Shown here one piece after another: positions 63,599 through 64,000 of a stretch of DNA of 64,000 nucleotides (its first letter is position 1; every line of letters starts with the position of its first letter). The stretch is taken from contig NW_026925544.1 in assembly GCF_032062105.1 (NCBI RefSeq), positions 124,001 to 188,000 of the forward strand. The letters are read 5' to 3'. The notes beneath the pieces are model-generated. The model was not told where the DNA came from. It saw nothing but the letters and a program-made list of their open reading frames with translations, and searched no databases. This DNA comes from Saccostrea cucullata. Lineage: Eukaryota. Both the position numbers and the translations under genes were made by a program.

Positions 63599-64000
63599 AA
63601 GTACGATTTTATGAGGAATCTCGATGTAAAATATACGTAACCTGTACATAAAAACACGACATAATTAATAAAATAAATTCTCTTGATAGTTAATGAATAA
63701 TCGCACTAAACAAAGGATATGCGTTGGTATTAATCGATTATTTAAAACCTGTAAAGAATATTCCATTTAATAATAAAACGCATTTTTCATTGTTAAAAAA
63801 TTCCCCAATCTGCCTCTCACAGAACATGAAATACGTCATTTTTACCAAAATGACGTCATGTTTACAAGTTCATCGCGATCAGTGCTTTGTTTATAACCAG
63901 CTACATGGGATTTAACTAGCAACTTTTTTTAATGCATTGATAAGTTATATTGTTGTTTATTATGCTAATACAATTAAAAGTTGCAAATTATTTCATTTTC

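Overview
Eukaryotic, AT-rich and transposon-dense DNA. The repeat families (Helentron-type HINE elements carrying ~150-170 bp satellite arrays, tRNA-derived SINEs, a Penelope-like RT) point to a bivalve, most likely an oyster (Ostreidae); the organism is an inference. One intact protein-coding gene can be assembled by hand on the + strand: 8 exons (17570-37031, 1179 nt CDS, 392 aa) with canonical GT-AG introns of matching phase. It encodes a signal peptide, three divergent Ig-like domains and a C-terminal GPI-anchor signal, an IgLON/lachesin/DIP-like layout with unusual cysteine patterns. The rest contains: a decayed Penelope-like retroelement whose ~95-nt structured 3' motif recurs as solo copies; a CR1-like LINE relic; SINEs; a tRNA-Val-like pseudogene; and many non-autonomous DNA transposons with readable TIRs and TSDs (hAT-like with 5/6/8-bp TSDs, TA-, TWA- and TTAA-targeting). 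Those include a three-level nested insertion whose empty site survives in a local paralogous segment, and an old ~1.2-kb foldback. Nearly all ORFs in the supplied track, other than the RT pieces and the exon-containing ones, are spurious. No prokaryote-type system (CRISPR, operon) is present.
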